Source: Dehalococcoidia bacterium (GTDB lineage Bacteria > Chloroflexota > Dehalococcoidia > Lucifugimonadales > UBA3495). Taken from it: a stretch of DNA of 64,000 bases. Of the stretch, positions 49,015 to 59,377 are shown piece after piece (within the stretch, counting starts at the first letter, position 1; every line of letters begins with the position of its first letter). The position numbers and the translations under genes were made by a program. The stretch spans positions 841,403-905,402 of the forward strand of contig CBDANK010000002.1 of NCBI GenBank assembly GCA_965197565.1. Reading direction: 5' to 3'. The notes below the pieces were generated by a model that was given only the letters and a program-made list of their open reading frames with translations, searched no databases and had not been told where the DNA came from.

Positions 49015-50628
49015 ATGAGATTGACGACGGTGCCGGAAATGGTGCGGCACGAGCTGGACCAGCTTCTTAATGTTTTGCCCCAAGGAATAATAGACGCACT
49101 GCGCAGCCGTGAGGACCAAGGAGAGCTTCTGGAAGTAGTCTTGGACTTGGGCCGGCTGCCGGAGGCCCGCTTCTCCACTTTCGACGTCTACTTGGACCAA
49201 CGGGAAGTATCCCAGGAAGACTTGGACCAAGTCACGCAACGAGTGGGTGACTTTGGCGACGATCACCGTGCCGGCATTGAAAGGACCTTACACCGTATAT
49301 CGGCTATTCTCAACCGCAAAGGGAAGGTTGTCGGCGTTACTTGCCGAGTAGGCCGAGCGGTGTTCGGCACTATCAAGATTATCGAGGACCTGGCTTTCTC
49401 AGGCAAGAACATTCTTTTGTTGGGCCGTCCCGGCGTGGGCAAAACCACCATGCTGCGGGAGATGGCGCGGGTTTTGTCCGAAGGGGCTAGGAAACGAGTT
49501 ATCATCGTTGACACTTCCAACGAAATCGCCGGTGACGGCGACGTGCCCCATCCGGCCATCGGGCGGGCTCGGAGGATGCAGGTAGCAACACCGGCGGAGC
49601 AACATGCGGTAATGATCGAGGCGGTGGAGAACCACATGCCCGAGACTATCGTTATCGACGAAATGGGGACCGAACAAGAGGCCGCCGCCGCTCGGACCAT
49701 CGCCGAGCGGGGCGTGCAACTCATTGCCACCGCCCACGGCAACACGTTGGACAACCTGATTATGAATCCTACTTTGTCCGACCTAGTCGGCGGCGTTCAA
49801 ACCGTCACGCTGGGCGACCAGGAAGCCCGTTACCGGGGCACCCAGAAGAGCGTCCTGGAGCGAAAAGCGCCCCCAACTTTCGATGTGGTAGTGGAGATTT
49901 TGAGTTGGGAGCGGTTGGCGGTCCATGACGGTGTGGCCCGAGTGGTGGACCAGTGGCTCCGGGGGTTTCCGATAACTGCGGAAGTACGTTGGCTGGATGA
50001 AAACGGGCAAGTCAACCGGAACCGCGAGCAGGCCGGAGGCAATGACAACACTCCAACGCCGTGGGACCTTGAATATGCGCAGCCGTCTTTGGAGAAACCC
50101 GAGGAAGCCGCCGCCGGCGCCACAACAGCACGGGATGTGGACGTCAAAGTTTTCCTATTCGGCATAGGCCGGGATAAGCTGGAGGCCGCGGTGGATGACA
50201 CCGGCATTACGGTCCAAGTCGCCAACGAGCTGCGCAAGGCCGACTTGGTCTTGACCACCAAGACCCACTACCGTCGGGGGTCCCAGTTGGTAAAAATCGC
50301 CGAGGCCAGCGGCAAACCGGTTTACGTCATGCGCAAGAACACCATGCCCCAAGTCCAGGATTTTCTCCGTACAGTAGCCAAAGAGTGGGGCTTGGGCCGA
50401 GGACGGCCCCTAGAGGAAAAAGAGGAGCCCCAACAGGTGCTGGAGCAAGCGATGGGGGAAGCCGAAGAGGCGGCCAACCGGGTGCTCAACGGGGAGAACT
50501 CGGTAAAACTGACGCCGCAACGGCCTTACGTGAGACGGTTGCAACACCTGTTGGGCCACCGCTACAACGTGGCTACGGTAAGCCACGGCCGGGAACCGGA
50601 CCGGTCCGTCATGTTCTACCGGACTTGA
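49015..50628 (+). CDS. AAA ATPase with a C-terminal R3H nucleic-acid-binding domain (Ycf45 / SpoIIIAA-like)
   Basis: The Walker A is GRPGVGKTT and the Walker B is IVIDEMG. ATAHG is present. The C-terminus ...LTPQRPYVRRLQHLLGHRYNVATVSHGREPDRSVMFY is R3H-like. Confidence 0.8.
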   Translation: MRLTTVPEMVRHELDQLLNVLPQGIIDALRSREDQGELLEVVLDLGRLPEARFSTFDVYLDQREVSQEDLDQVTQRVGDFGDDHRAGIERTLHRISAILNRKGKVVGVTCRVGRAVFGTIKIIEDLAFSGKNILLLGRPGVGKTTMLREMARVLSEGARKRVIIVDTSNEIAGDGDVPHPAIGRARRMQVATPAEQHAVMIEAVENHMPETIVIDEMGTEQEAAAARTIAERGVQLIATAHGNTLDNLIMNPTLSDLVGGVQTVTLGDQEARYRGTQKSVLERKAPPTFDVVVEILSWERLAVHDGVARVVDQWLRGFPITAEVRWLDENGQVNRNREQAGGNDNTPTPWDLEYAQPSLEKPEEAAAGATTARDVDVKVFLFGIGRDKLEAAVDDTGITVQVANELRKADLVLTTKTHYRRGSQLVKIAEASGKPVYVMRKNTMPQVQDFLRTVAKEWGLGRGRPLEEKEEPQQVLEQAMGEAEEAANRVLNGENSVKLTPQRPYVRRLQHLLGHRYNVATVSHGREPDRSVMFYRT

Positions 50629-51245
50629 TGCTTGGTTCCTGCGCGCCGTTCATCGTATTTGAAGGTCTAGACGGCTCGGGGAAGAGCACTCAGGCCCGGC
50701 TCCTATTAAGACGTTTACGGCGGAGAGGCCGGCCGGTCTTGTTGACCCGCGAGCCCGGCGGGACGCCTTTGGGAGAGGCTCTACGTCGTTGGCTAAAAGG
50801 CCGCCGGCATCTTCCACCCATCGCCGAATTGTCTCTATTTATCGCAGCTCGAGCCCAGTTGGTTAATGATGTTGTCGGTCCGGCTTTGCAAGGCGGCGTA
50901 ACAGTCGTCGCCGACCGTTACGCCGCATCTACTGTGGCCTACCAGGGCTATGGGCGGGAATTGGGCTTGGAATTGGTCCAAGAACTGAATCAAGCAGCCA
51001 CCGGCGGCTTGACTCCTAGCCTGACGGTGTTGTTGGACCTTCCGGTGGAGGCGGCCCTGGGCCGGAAGGGTAGTCCGGAGACGGACACTTTTGAAGCGGC
51101 GGCCTCTGAGTTTCACCTCAGAGTGCGAGACGGTTACCTCGCTCAAGCGGCCCAAGGCCAAAGCCACTGGCTGGTATTGGATGCCACGCAGCCTCAAGCA
51201 GTGCTTTCGAGGCAGATTTGGTCAAAAGTACAGCCCCTCCTGTAA
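50628..51245 (+). CDS. tmk: dTMP (thymidylate) kinase
   Basis: FIVFEGLDGSGKSTQ, LTREPGGT and DRY are present. The ATG overlaps the upstream TGA (50626-50630). Confidence 0.9.
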   Translation: MLGSCAPFIVFEGLDGSGKSTQARLLLRRLRRRGRPVLLTREPGGTPLGEALRRWLKGRRHLPPIAELSLFIAARAQLVNDVVGPALQGGVTVVADRYAASTVAYQGYGRELGLELVQELNQAATGGLTPSLTVLLDLPVEAALGRKGSPETDTFEAAASEFHLRVRDGYLAQAAQGQSHWLVLDATQPQAVLSRQIWSKVQPLL

Positions 51246-51293
51246 AGAAGGGGCTGTGATTTTAACGGGCTTGCGGCGCGCCAAAGTGCCTAG

Positions 51294-51578
51294 CTAATCA
51301 TCGGCTGGTGCCGGCTCCAGAACGTCGATTCTTTCTTGAATGATCTCCCGCATGGCGCGGACCCGTTTCAGGTCGGGGAAAATTCCTCCCTCACCCAACT
51401 TATCGAAAATCCTCTCCCCATCGACGAAGACCTCCATGATTCCCTGGCCTCTCGGGGAGATGGTCACCGAGACGTCTGGCCCAAAGTGCCGGAAAAACTC
51501 ATTCGCCATCCACGTGGCGGTGCCTAGGTGCTGTCAAGGTACGCAGTAAGTGATCTCTACTTGAGCTTTGCCTTCCAT
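51294..51578 (-). CDS. SelW/SelT/Rdx-family protein with an in-frame UGA at the CxxU position (candidate selenoprotein)
   Basis: The product is MEGKAQVEITYCVP-TGA-QHLGTATWMANEFFRHFG...VFVDGERIFDK...FPDLKRVRAMREII. The TGA is codon 15 (+ strand TCA 51534-51536). The RBS GGAGGG lies 7 nt before ATG 51578. The ORF track reports only the part after the TGA (51294-51509). Confidence 0.7.
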
Positions 51579-51660
51579 CGGGGAACCCTCCATCGGCTGA
51601 TTGTTTGGAAGCCGAAGTTTAGTATAACCTAAATCCCCGGCAAGTCAATTCACACCCGCC

Positions 51661-51870
51661 CAGGGTCTTTCTATTGTCACCCCCAGCCTACGCCGGGGCA
51701 GGCTCTGAGTCTTTCGACTAGGCTCAAGATAAACTCCGCGAAGGGTCTAAAGTCCTTGTCTTCAATGCCGTTTTGCTGCCGAAACATCTTAGATTCTTCG
51801 TCGCAAGCTCCTCAGAATGACCGGGCGTGGTAGTCTGTATTCACCTAACATTGAGAATAGAAAGACCCTG
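51661..51870. repeat. MITE-like repeat, family A, copy A4
   Basis: It is about 95% identical to A2 and A3. The flanks ACACCCGCC and ACACGGAGCC are not a clean duplication. Confidence 0.8.
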
Positions 51871-51960
51871 ACACGGAGCCCCATCATCACATGCTCGCCG
51901 GGGGCCGCCGGAGCACAACAAGCGGCGAATACGGAGCGTTGGTTCAGCGCAGCCCTATAC

Positions 51961-52779
51961 TTGGCAGCGCGCAATGGCGTACTGCTGGCAATCCTGGCAT
52001 TCAGCGCCTACTTCCTGTCTGCCATTATCCTGGAAAACGGCTATGTCCTGCTTTCCGAGGACCAACTCTTCGAGTACTGGACTGTCGCTCTCTATCTGGC
52101 AAGCGCCCTCGTTTGCTTGCTAGGCCCTTGGGTTGTAGGCGGCGCCTCCCGCGTCACTCGGTACTGGCTAGTGGGATGGGGAATACTGTTCTTATTGGTG
52201 GCCTTAGAAGAGCTAAGCTGGGGCCAAAGAATCTTTGGTGTAGACACGCCGGAGTTCCTGATATCCCGCAACCAGCAGGACGAGACCAACTTCCACAACC
52301 TGGAATCGGAAGGGGTGGACCGCTTATTTGCTTCCTTGGTTTTTGCGGTGGCTATAGCCCTCCCTTCCCTGGCCCTATTGAGCAAAAGGCTCAACTCCCT
52401 GGTCCGGCGCTACGGGATTCCTTTGCCCCAATGGGAACTGGTGGTCCCGTTCTTGTTGGCTTTCGCTTTCTTTGTGCCGGCGTGGTTTGCTTCCGCGCCT
52501 GAGACGGAGGTGCTAACCGGCCTTGCAGTGCTCTGGTTAGCCTTCCTGTTAGTAGCCAAGTGGAGGGGCGGCGAGACGGCATTTGCTGGAATTAGCATCT
52601 TTCATTTGCTGGCGGGGGTGGTGGGCCTGGTTGCGATTCAAACCGTATTGGCGGTCTTCGAAGGAAACCCGGGCCACCGCAATCATCCCACTGAAATCAA
52701 GGAGTTCCTGTTCTCCTTTTGTTTCCTAGGGTTCTCTCTCCGTGCAGCACTGCCAGGTTTAGGCAAGATAACCCTTTGA
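51961..52779 (+). CDS. polytopic membrane protein, unknown function (start uncertain)
   Basis: It has about 7-8 hydrophobic helices. The only in-frame ATG (51817) lies inside MITE A4. The first start candidate after the MITE is TTG at 51961. Confidence 0.55.
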   Translation: MAARNGVLLAILAFSAYFLSAIILENGYVLLSEDQLFEYWTVALYLASALVCLLGPWVVGGASRVTRYWLVGWGILFLLVALEELSWGQRIFGVDTPEFLISRNQQDETNFHNLESEGVDRLFASLVFAVAIALPSLALLSKRLNSLVRRYGIPLPQWELVVPFLLAFAFFVPAWFASAPETEVLTGLAVLWLAFLLVAKWRGGETAFAGISIFHLLAGVVGLVAIQTVLAVFEGNPGHRNHPTEIKEFLFSFCFLGFSLRAALPGLGKITL

Positions 52780-53249
52780 CATGCCTCCATGCCCGGTAGT
52801 GTCTCGGTTTAGGTCCATGACTAGCTCTAAGACCTTACTTCGGCTTTAATCTAACTTCAGGATAGTGTCCCAGTTCAAATTGCCGGCCTAGCTGGGCTAT
52901 AAGGATCCGGCTACTACGCCTGTCGGACCGAGTCTATAAGTTGCTGTGTAATCAAGACCCTCTCATAAGTCAACCCCTAACAGAATGTCGACCCTCTTCT
53001 GCTCAAATCTATATTCACCCAGACTATCGGAGCCTCGTCGTTCAAGCCTACCCAACCTAACGGAGTATCTAGGGAGTCTCTCTAATGCGTCGAAAAACAA
53101 ATGCAATGATGGGATGCCCCAAGCGATAGGCACATCCCATCGTTGCATTTATGAAAACCTGGCGTGCGCCGCGAAACGCCGGACGTCAGAGAATATAGTA
53201 AAAATGACGTAACATCTAGCAAAGCTTCTTGTCAAGTTTGTGACACCAG

Positions 53250-53478
53250 GAGACCTTTGCGTAACTGGTCGCTCAACTTGTCATTCCGACCCCCACCCCT
53301 GTCATTCCGACCGGAGGGAGGAATCTAAGGCGTTGGGCTAGAGTCGTCGCGTCGGTCCAGCTACAGGCCCAGTGCTTGCTGACATAGGTTTGAGATTCCT
53401 CACGGAGTTTATCCTGGGCGCAGCCGAAGGGCTTCGCTGCGTTCGGAATGACACGTGAGGGGGTTATGCAAAGATCTC
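53250..53478. repeat. MITE-like repeat, family B, copy B3
   Basis: The ends are GAGACCTTTGCGTAAC... and ...GGGGGTTATGCAAAGATCTC. They are flanked by CACCAG (53244-53249 and 53479-53484). Confidence 0.8.
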
Positions 53479-53545
53479 CACCAGTGTAACTGTTCAGACT
53501 TGAGGAAATTTCTTGGAAAATCCGTTCAAGAGGCGACAGGACGCC

Positions 53546-54727
53546 TTACCGATAGATTTTGCGGGGGCCAACGGTTTTCAAGTATCCTTCGAAGTTGCGG
53601 CGGGTTTCTTCTAGGGAGTCGCCGCCGAACTTCTCAAGAAAAGCGTCAATCAAAATCAACGCCACCATCGCTTCGCCGATGACACCCGCAGGCGGCACCT
53701 GGCATACATCGGACCGCTCGTAGTGGGCCTGGACCGGCTCTCCGGTGTCCAGGTCCACCGAAGGCAGTGGATTGACCAGTGTGGCGATGGGCTTTATACC
53801 GAACCGGGCCACCAAAGGCATACCGTTGGTCATGCCCCCCTCGGTGCCTCCCAGGCGGTTGGTCTTACGTTGCCAAGGAGCGGCGGGGTCGGTTACCGGC
53901 TCGATGATGTCATGGACCTGAGACCCGCGCAGGTCCACGGTCTCCCATCCGGGCCCGATGGAAACGGCTTTAACCGCATTAATGGACATCAACGCTTGGG
54001 CGATCCGTGCGTCTATCTTCCGGTCCCAATGGACGTGGGAGCCTAAGCCAATGGGCACGTTCTGGGCGATTACTTCTACGGTGCCGCCGACAGTGTCTCC
54101 AGCATCCTTGGCGGCGTCTATTTCCGCCATCATACGCGCAGCTGCCCCCGGGTCGGCGCAGCGCACCGGAGACTCCTCCACCGCGTCCCAATCAATATCC
54201 TCCGGCGGGTCCGCTTGTATCCCAGCTATGGAGACGACGTGGCTGTGGAGCTCAATGCCGAACTCTTGGAGGAACCGCACCGCCACCGCGCCGGCGGCTA
54301 CTCGAGCGGCCGTCTCCCGGGCACTGGCCCGCTCTAGGACGTTGCGCACATCCTCGAATCCGTACTTCATGGCACCGGGTAGGTCGGCATGTCCCGGTCT
54401 GAGACGTGTAACACGCTTGCCCCGGCCCTCGGCGTCAAGGTCGTCTACAGCCTCGACGGCCATGGCGGCCTGCCAGTTGGCCCAGTCCTTGTTCTCCAGG
54501 GTCATGCCTATGGGGCTGCCCAGGGTGTAACCGTGGCGCACACCGGACATAATGTGAGCCCGGTCCTGCTCAATGAGCATTCGGCCGCCTCGACCGTAAC
54601 CCCGCTGCCGCCGGGCCAACTGGACGGCGATGAACTCTTCATCAAGGGGCAGACCGGCCGGGACTCCCTCGACGATGATAACCAAGCCCTGACCGTGGGA
54701 CTCGCCCGCTGTGAAAAACCGGACCAT
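53546..54727 (-). CDS. aroC: chorismate synthase
   Basis: MVRFFTAGESHGQGLVIIVEGVPAG, RPGHAD and GGSS-type motifs are present throughout. Confidence 0.95.
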   Translation of the reverse strand: MVRFFTAGESHGQGLVIIVEGVPAGLPLDEEFIAVQLARRQRGYGRGGRMLIEQDRAHIMSGVRHGYTLGSPIGMTLENKDWANWQAAMAVEAVDDLDAEGRGKRVTRLRPGHADLPGAMKYGFEDVRNVLERASARETAARVAAGAVAVRFLQEFGIELHSHVVSIAGIQADPPEDIDWDAVEESPVRCADPGAAARMMAEIDAAKDAGDTVGGTVEVIAQNVPIGLGSHVHWDRKIDARIAQALMSINAVKAVSIGPGWETVDLRGSQVHDIIEPVTDPAAPWQRKTNRLGGTEGGMTNGMPLVARFGIKPIATLVNPLPSVDLDTGEPVQAHYERSDVCQVPPAGVIGEAMVALILIDAFLEKFGGDSLEETRRNFEGYLKTVGPRKIYR

Positions 54728-54769
54728 CTAGACCCGCTCACAGATGGGGTGAACTCTCCCCTGCATCAG

Positions 54770-55621
54770 CTAACGGGCCGCCATGGCGCGAGTGGCCGCT
54801 TCGAGCATGACCGCTACCGGAGCTTCCCGGCCCGTCCACATCTCCAAGGATGCCGCACCCTGATATACCAGCATGTGGATACCGCCCAAAGTGAAGGCGC
54901 CAGCATGGCTCGCCTCTTTGAGCAAGGGCGTATCCAGTGGATTGTACACTAGGTCGTTCACCACCGCCGTCGCTGGAATCTGCTCTTTGGACAAAGGAGA
55001 CCGGTGTTCATCCGGACCGTGGGTCATACCGATGGTGGTGCAGTTGACTATGAGGTCTGCGGAAGCTGCGGCAGTGACAAGAGACTGGGAGTCCAAGGAA
55101 ATAGGCTGGGCGTCCAGTCCATTGTCGCGGGCCATCTGGCTCAACCGGCGGGCCCGGGCTTCCGTTCTGTTGGCAATAGTGAGCCGCCCGGCGCCTTCCC
55201 GGATCAAGGCCAGCATCACGCCGCGGGCAGCGCCTCCGGCTCCCAGTATCAACACGCTGCGCCCTTGGGGTTCAAATCCTCCGGCCTCCCGCAAAGCGCG
55301 CAGGAATCCGGAGCCGTCGGTATTGTGCCCGGTCAGGATGCTGTTCCGGTTAACGATAGTGTTGACTGCGCCCGCGGCAGCGGCCCACTCGTCCACTTCG
55401 TCCAAGTGAGGAATAACCGCCTCTTTATGGGGCACGGTGACGTTTATTCCCAACACGTCCGGGCTGCGCAGTCCTTGCAGGAACTCGACCACTTCTTGAG
55501 GTTTTACCTCCCAAGCTTGGTAAGAAGCGTCCAAAGTCAAATGGTCCAAGGCCGCTTGCTGGAATACCGGGGATATTGAGTGGCCGATGGGAAATCCGAT
55601 GATGCCGAGTTTAGAGGCCAT
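54770..55621 (-). CDS. aroE: shikimate dehydrogenase
   Basis: GIIGFPIGHSISP, NVTVPHK, NTDGSGF and ILGAGGAARG are present. Confidence 0.95.
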   Translation of the reverse strand: MASKLGIIGFPIGHSISPVFQQAALDHLTLDASYQAWEVKPQEVVEFLQGLRSPDVLGINVTVPHKEAVIPHLDEVDEWAAAAGAVNTIVNRNSILTGHNTDGSGFLRALREAGGFEPQGRSVLILGAGGAARGVMLALIREGAGRLTIANRTEARARRLSQMARDNGLDAQPISLDSQSLVTAAASADLIVNCTTIGMTHGPDEHRSPLSKEQIPATAVVNDLVYNPLDTPLLKEASHAGAFTLGGIHMLVYQGAASLEMWTGREAPVAVMLEAATRAMAAR

Positions 55622-55632
55622 GGTTGGTCCTT

Positions 55633-58376
55633 CTACCCCAACTGCTCCAGGATGTCGTCCAAGCGTTGCTTGCGTTCACTAAGCGACCTCAGGCGCTCTT
55701 CTTCATTTTCAACCACTTCTGGCTTGGCCTTGGCTCGAAAGTTTGGGTTGGACACTAGGGCCGACACCCGGTCCAGGTTTCTCATGCAGTCGTCCCGGTC
55801 TTTGCGGAGCCGTTGTGTCTCCGCTTCCAAGTCTACCACGCCTTCCAGGGGCAACCGGACTACCAGGGGACTCACCACCAAGGCGATGCCTTTAGCAGAG
55901 CTATCCCGCGGGGAATCTTTGGCAAGGATACGCAGCGGCTCCACCCGGGAAAGTGTCCGTATGACCTCCGCTTCTTCCTCGATGGCGCGTTGCTGGCCGT
56001 TGGCCTCGACCAGGGCCTCCAAGTGTTGATTGGCCGGGATGCGAAGCTGGGCCCGCGCATTGCGCACCGCCCGAATAGCCCGCATAACCAGGGAAATCTC
56101 CTCTTCGGCCCGGCTGTCTCTGCGGACGCCGTCGGCCTGCGGGTAGGGGGCGACCATTATGGACTCCGGCAACCCCCCTTCCTGGGGTAGGACTGTTTGA
56201 AGGTTCTGCCAGATTTCTTCGGTAATGAAGGGCATGAAAGGATGCAGCAACCGCAGCGTCCGCTCCAGCACATGGGCCAAGACGGGCAATGGAGAGGGAG
56301 TGGAACCCGACCGTAATCGTATCTTGGCCATTTCGATGTACCAATCGCAGTACTCATCCCAGATGAAGTCGTATAGCTTCTGCTGGGCCTCTCCTAGCTC
56401 GAAGTTGTGCAGCGAATCATTCACCTCGTTGGTGAGCCGGTCCAACCGGCTCAATATCCAGCGGTCTTCCCGGTGTTCCACCGCGCCCAAGTGGTGCCAA
56501 CCGTCCAAGCCGGATTTGCCTTTCAAGCTGGTGTGTACGAAGCGGGCTGCGTTCCACACCTTGTTGGCGAAGTTGCGGGCCGCTTCCAGTCTGCTCTCGG
56601 TAAACCTCAGGTCGCTGCCCGGAGCAGTGCCGGTGGTCAGGGCGAAACGGAGGGCGTCGGTGCCGTAGCGGTCCACCAACTCCAAGGGGTCCATGGTATT
56701 GCCCCTGGTCTTGCTCATCTTGGCGCCCGTGCCGTCCCGGATCATCCCGTGGAGGAAGACGGTGCGGAAAGGCGCTTGGCCGGTGTTCTCGATGCCCAGC
56801 ATGATCATGCGGGCGACCCAGAAAAACAGGATGTCGTAGCCTGTCTCCAACACCGAGGTGGGGTAGAAATAGCGCAAGTCTTCGGTGTCCTGCGGCCAGC
56901 CCAGGGTTGAGTGGGGCCATAAGCCGGAGCTAAACCAGGTGTCCAACACATCCGGGTCTTGATTGAGCCGCACAGACTGGCAGGAAGCGCAACCAGTTGG
57001 GTCTTCCACCGATACGGTCAAGTGGCCGCAATCCTCGCAGTACCACACAGGAATCCGGTGTCCCCACCACAGTTGCCGGCTGATACACCAGTCCCGGATA
57101 TTCTCCAGCCAGTTGAGGTAGACTCGGGTGAACCGCTCCGGCACCACTCGGATCTCGCCCCCGGCGACGGCGGCGTGGGCCCGCCCGGCGATGCTGTCCG
57201 GTTGCTCGTGGCTGCCCAGATTCACGAACCACTGGAGGCTGACCAAGGGTTCGACCACCGAGGCGCATCTTTGACAGTGGCCCACCGAGTGGCGGTATTC
57301 CTCCACCTTTTCCAAAAGCCCCAGGGCTTCCAATTCGGAAGCGACTTCCCGCCTGACCTGGAAGCGGTCTACGCCAGCGTACTTGCCGGCGGCGCCGTTC
57401 ATATTTCCATCCAAGCCGATGACCGTGAGAATCTCCAGTTGGTGCCGCTGTCCTATCTCGAAGTCGACTTGGTCGTGGCCCGGCGTCACCTTTAGCGCGC
57501 CGGAGCCGAATTCCTGGCTGATGGCCTGATCACCGACTATCGGTATGCTGCGGCCCATTATGGGAAGCGCGGCCCGCCGCCCCAGTAGCCGCTGATAACG
57601 AGGGTCTTCCGGATGCACCGCCACTCCGGTGTCGCCCAACATAGTCTCGGGCCGGACCGTAGCGACCGTAATGTAACCCGGCTCCAAGGTTGGGTTTCAT
57701 TTGTTTGCGTGACATCGGAATTGACGGGCAGGGACTCTTCTTCGAGGGGGTAACGTATAAAGTACAGGGAGCCTTCCAGTTCTTGATAGTCCACTTCCAA
57801 ATCGGAGAGAGCCGTGGAGCAGCGGGGGCACCAGTTGATTATCCGCTCGTGGCGGTAAATAAGCCCCTTGTTGTACAGGTTTACGAAAGTGGTCCTGACC
57901 GCGCGGCTGGGACCAGGGTCCAAGGTGAACCTATGCCGGTCCCAATCGGCCGACACGCCCAGACGCCGTGATTGCTCGTGGATGATGCCGCCGTACTTTC
58001 GGACGTGTTCCCAGACCAGCCCTTCGAACTCCTCCCGGCCCAACTGGTGGCGGTCCCTTCCTTGAGCGGCCAGTTGCTGTTCCACGGCCCATTGGGTGGC
58101 GATGCCGGCGTGGTCGGTGCCGGGGAGCCACAGGGTCGGATCCCCCAACATGCGATGCCAGCGCACCAAAGCGTCTTCAGTGGCCTTCTCCAAAGCGTGG
58201 CCCAAGTGCAACTCGCCGGTGACGTTGGGCGGAGGCATGATAACGGTGAAGGGTTGCTTGCTTGGGTCCACATGGGGCGCGAAATAACCCTTGGCCAGCC
58301 AATTCCGGTAAAGTCGCTGCTCCACCGTGGCGGCGTTATAAGTGCTGGGAATTTCGGCGGAGGGCCTGGAGGTCAT
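55633..58376 (-). CDS. valS: valine--tRNA ligase, split by a 1-nt frameshift at ~57689-57696
   Basis: The N-terminal part (57558-58376) has PPPNVTGELHLGHA (HIGH). The C-terminal part (55633-57696) has TVRPETMLGD, KMSKTRGN (KMSKS) and a coiled-coil tail. The frames change within ACCCAACC. Confidence 0.9.
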
Positions 58377-58636
58377 CTTGGAGATTTTCTCCCCTCTTTT
58401 TGGATTTCGGAGGCTCATTTTGCGAGGGACTAGCAAATAATGGCTGTCAGCAAATATATCACCTAGGCTACCTAATAGTCTAATGACCGAAATTGGCCTA
58501 GCGAGTATATTACGAAGTCATATACAAATTTGGCTATGATTGGGCTAACCGATTTGTATGGGACATAAGACCATTGACAGCATAAGAGCACGTGTTCTAA
58601 CTTGTAAATTGAGTTAATAGGCCTTATGGAGGTCTT

Positions 58637-59368
58637 TTGGCACTCAAATCAGCTATTGAATGGACAGACGCAACCTGGAATCCGGTAACTGGCTGTACTA
58701 AGGTGAGCCCAGGGTGCGCCCACTGTTATGCCGAAACGATCACATTGCGGTTCAAGAGAGGTGGCCCCTTTTTGCCGGGTAAGACCACCATCAAACGACA
58801 CCCGGAAAGACTGCGGCTGCCGCTGACCTGGAAAGCTCCACGTCATATCTTCGTGAACAGCATGAGCGACCTATTCCACGAAGAAGTCCCTTTGGCATAT
58901 ATCAGGCAAGTGTTTGACGTGATGGAGCAGGCCCCGCGGCATATTTTTCAAGTTCTGACGAAGCGTCATGAGCGATTACGTTCACTAGCCAATGAGCTTG
59001 AATGGTCACCGAATATATGGATAGGTGTATCCGTGGAAAACCAATATTGGGCGGACCGACGCATACCTGCGCTGGTTCATGTCCCGGCTAAAGTGCGGTT
59101 CTTGTCAGTTGAACCAATGCTAAAGCCGATCGACTTACAGCCGTACCTACGAGACATTCAGTGGGTCGTAGTAGGGGGTGAGAGTGGTGTCAAAGCCAGG
59201 TCCCTCAGGGTTGAGTGGGTCCGGCGAATTCGAGACGATTGTGCAGCAGCCAATGTACCGTTCTTTTTTAAGCAATGGGGGGGCAGAACCAGTAAAGCCG
59301 GCGGACGTTGTTTAGATGGCGTCATTTGGGATGACATGCCTGAAATCTCGACCGGTAGGATACGGTGA
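58637..59368 (+). CDS. DUF5131 (phage Gp37/Gp68) family three-Cys-motif protein
   Basis: The TTG start follows the RBS GGAGG. WNPVTGCTKVSPGCAHCYA (C-x6-C-x2-C), SVEPML, VVGGESG and FFFKQWGG are present. GC is visibly lower than in the flanks. Confidence 0.85.
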   Translation: MALKSAIEWTDATWNPVTGCTKVSPGCAHCYAETITLRFKRGGPFLPGKTTIKRHPERLRLPLTWKAPRHIFVNSMSDLFHEEVPLAYIRQVFDVMEQAPRHIFQVLTKRHERLRSLANELEWSPNIWIGVSVENQYWADRRIPALVHVPAKVRFLSVEPMLKPIDLQPYLRDIQWVVVGGESGVKARSLRVEWVRRIRDDCAAANVPFFFKQWGGRTSKAGGRCLDGVIWDDMPEISTGRIR

Positions 59369-59377
59369 TACTTCCAA

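Noticed and set aside
58377-58636. A T-box or other leader riboswitch might lie upstream of valS.
   Set aside because: I could not find the conserved T-box sequence (…GGGTGGTACCGCG…) on the valS strand. Only a small hairpin near the RBS is visible, and the region is AT-rich promoter-like DNA.
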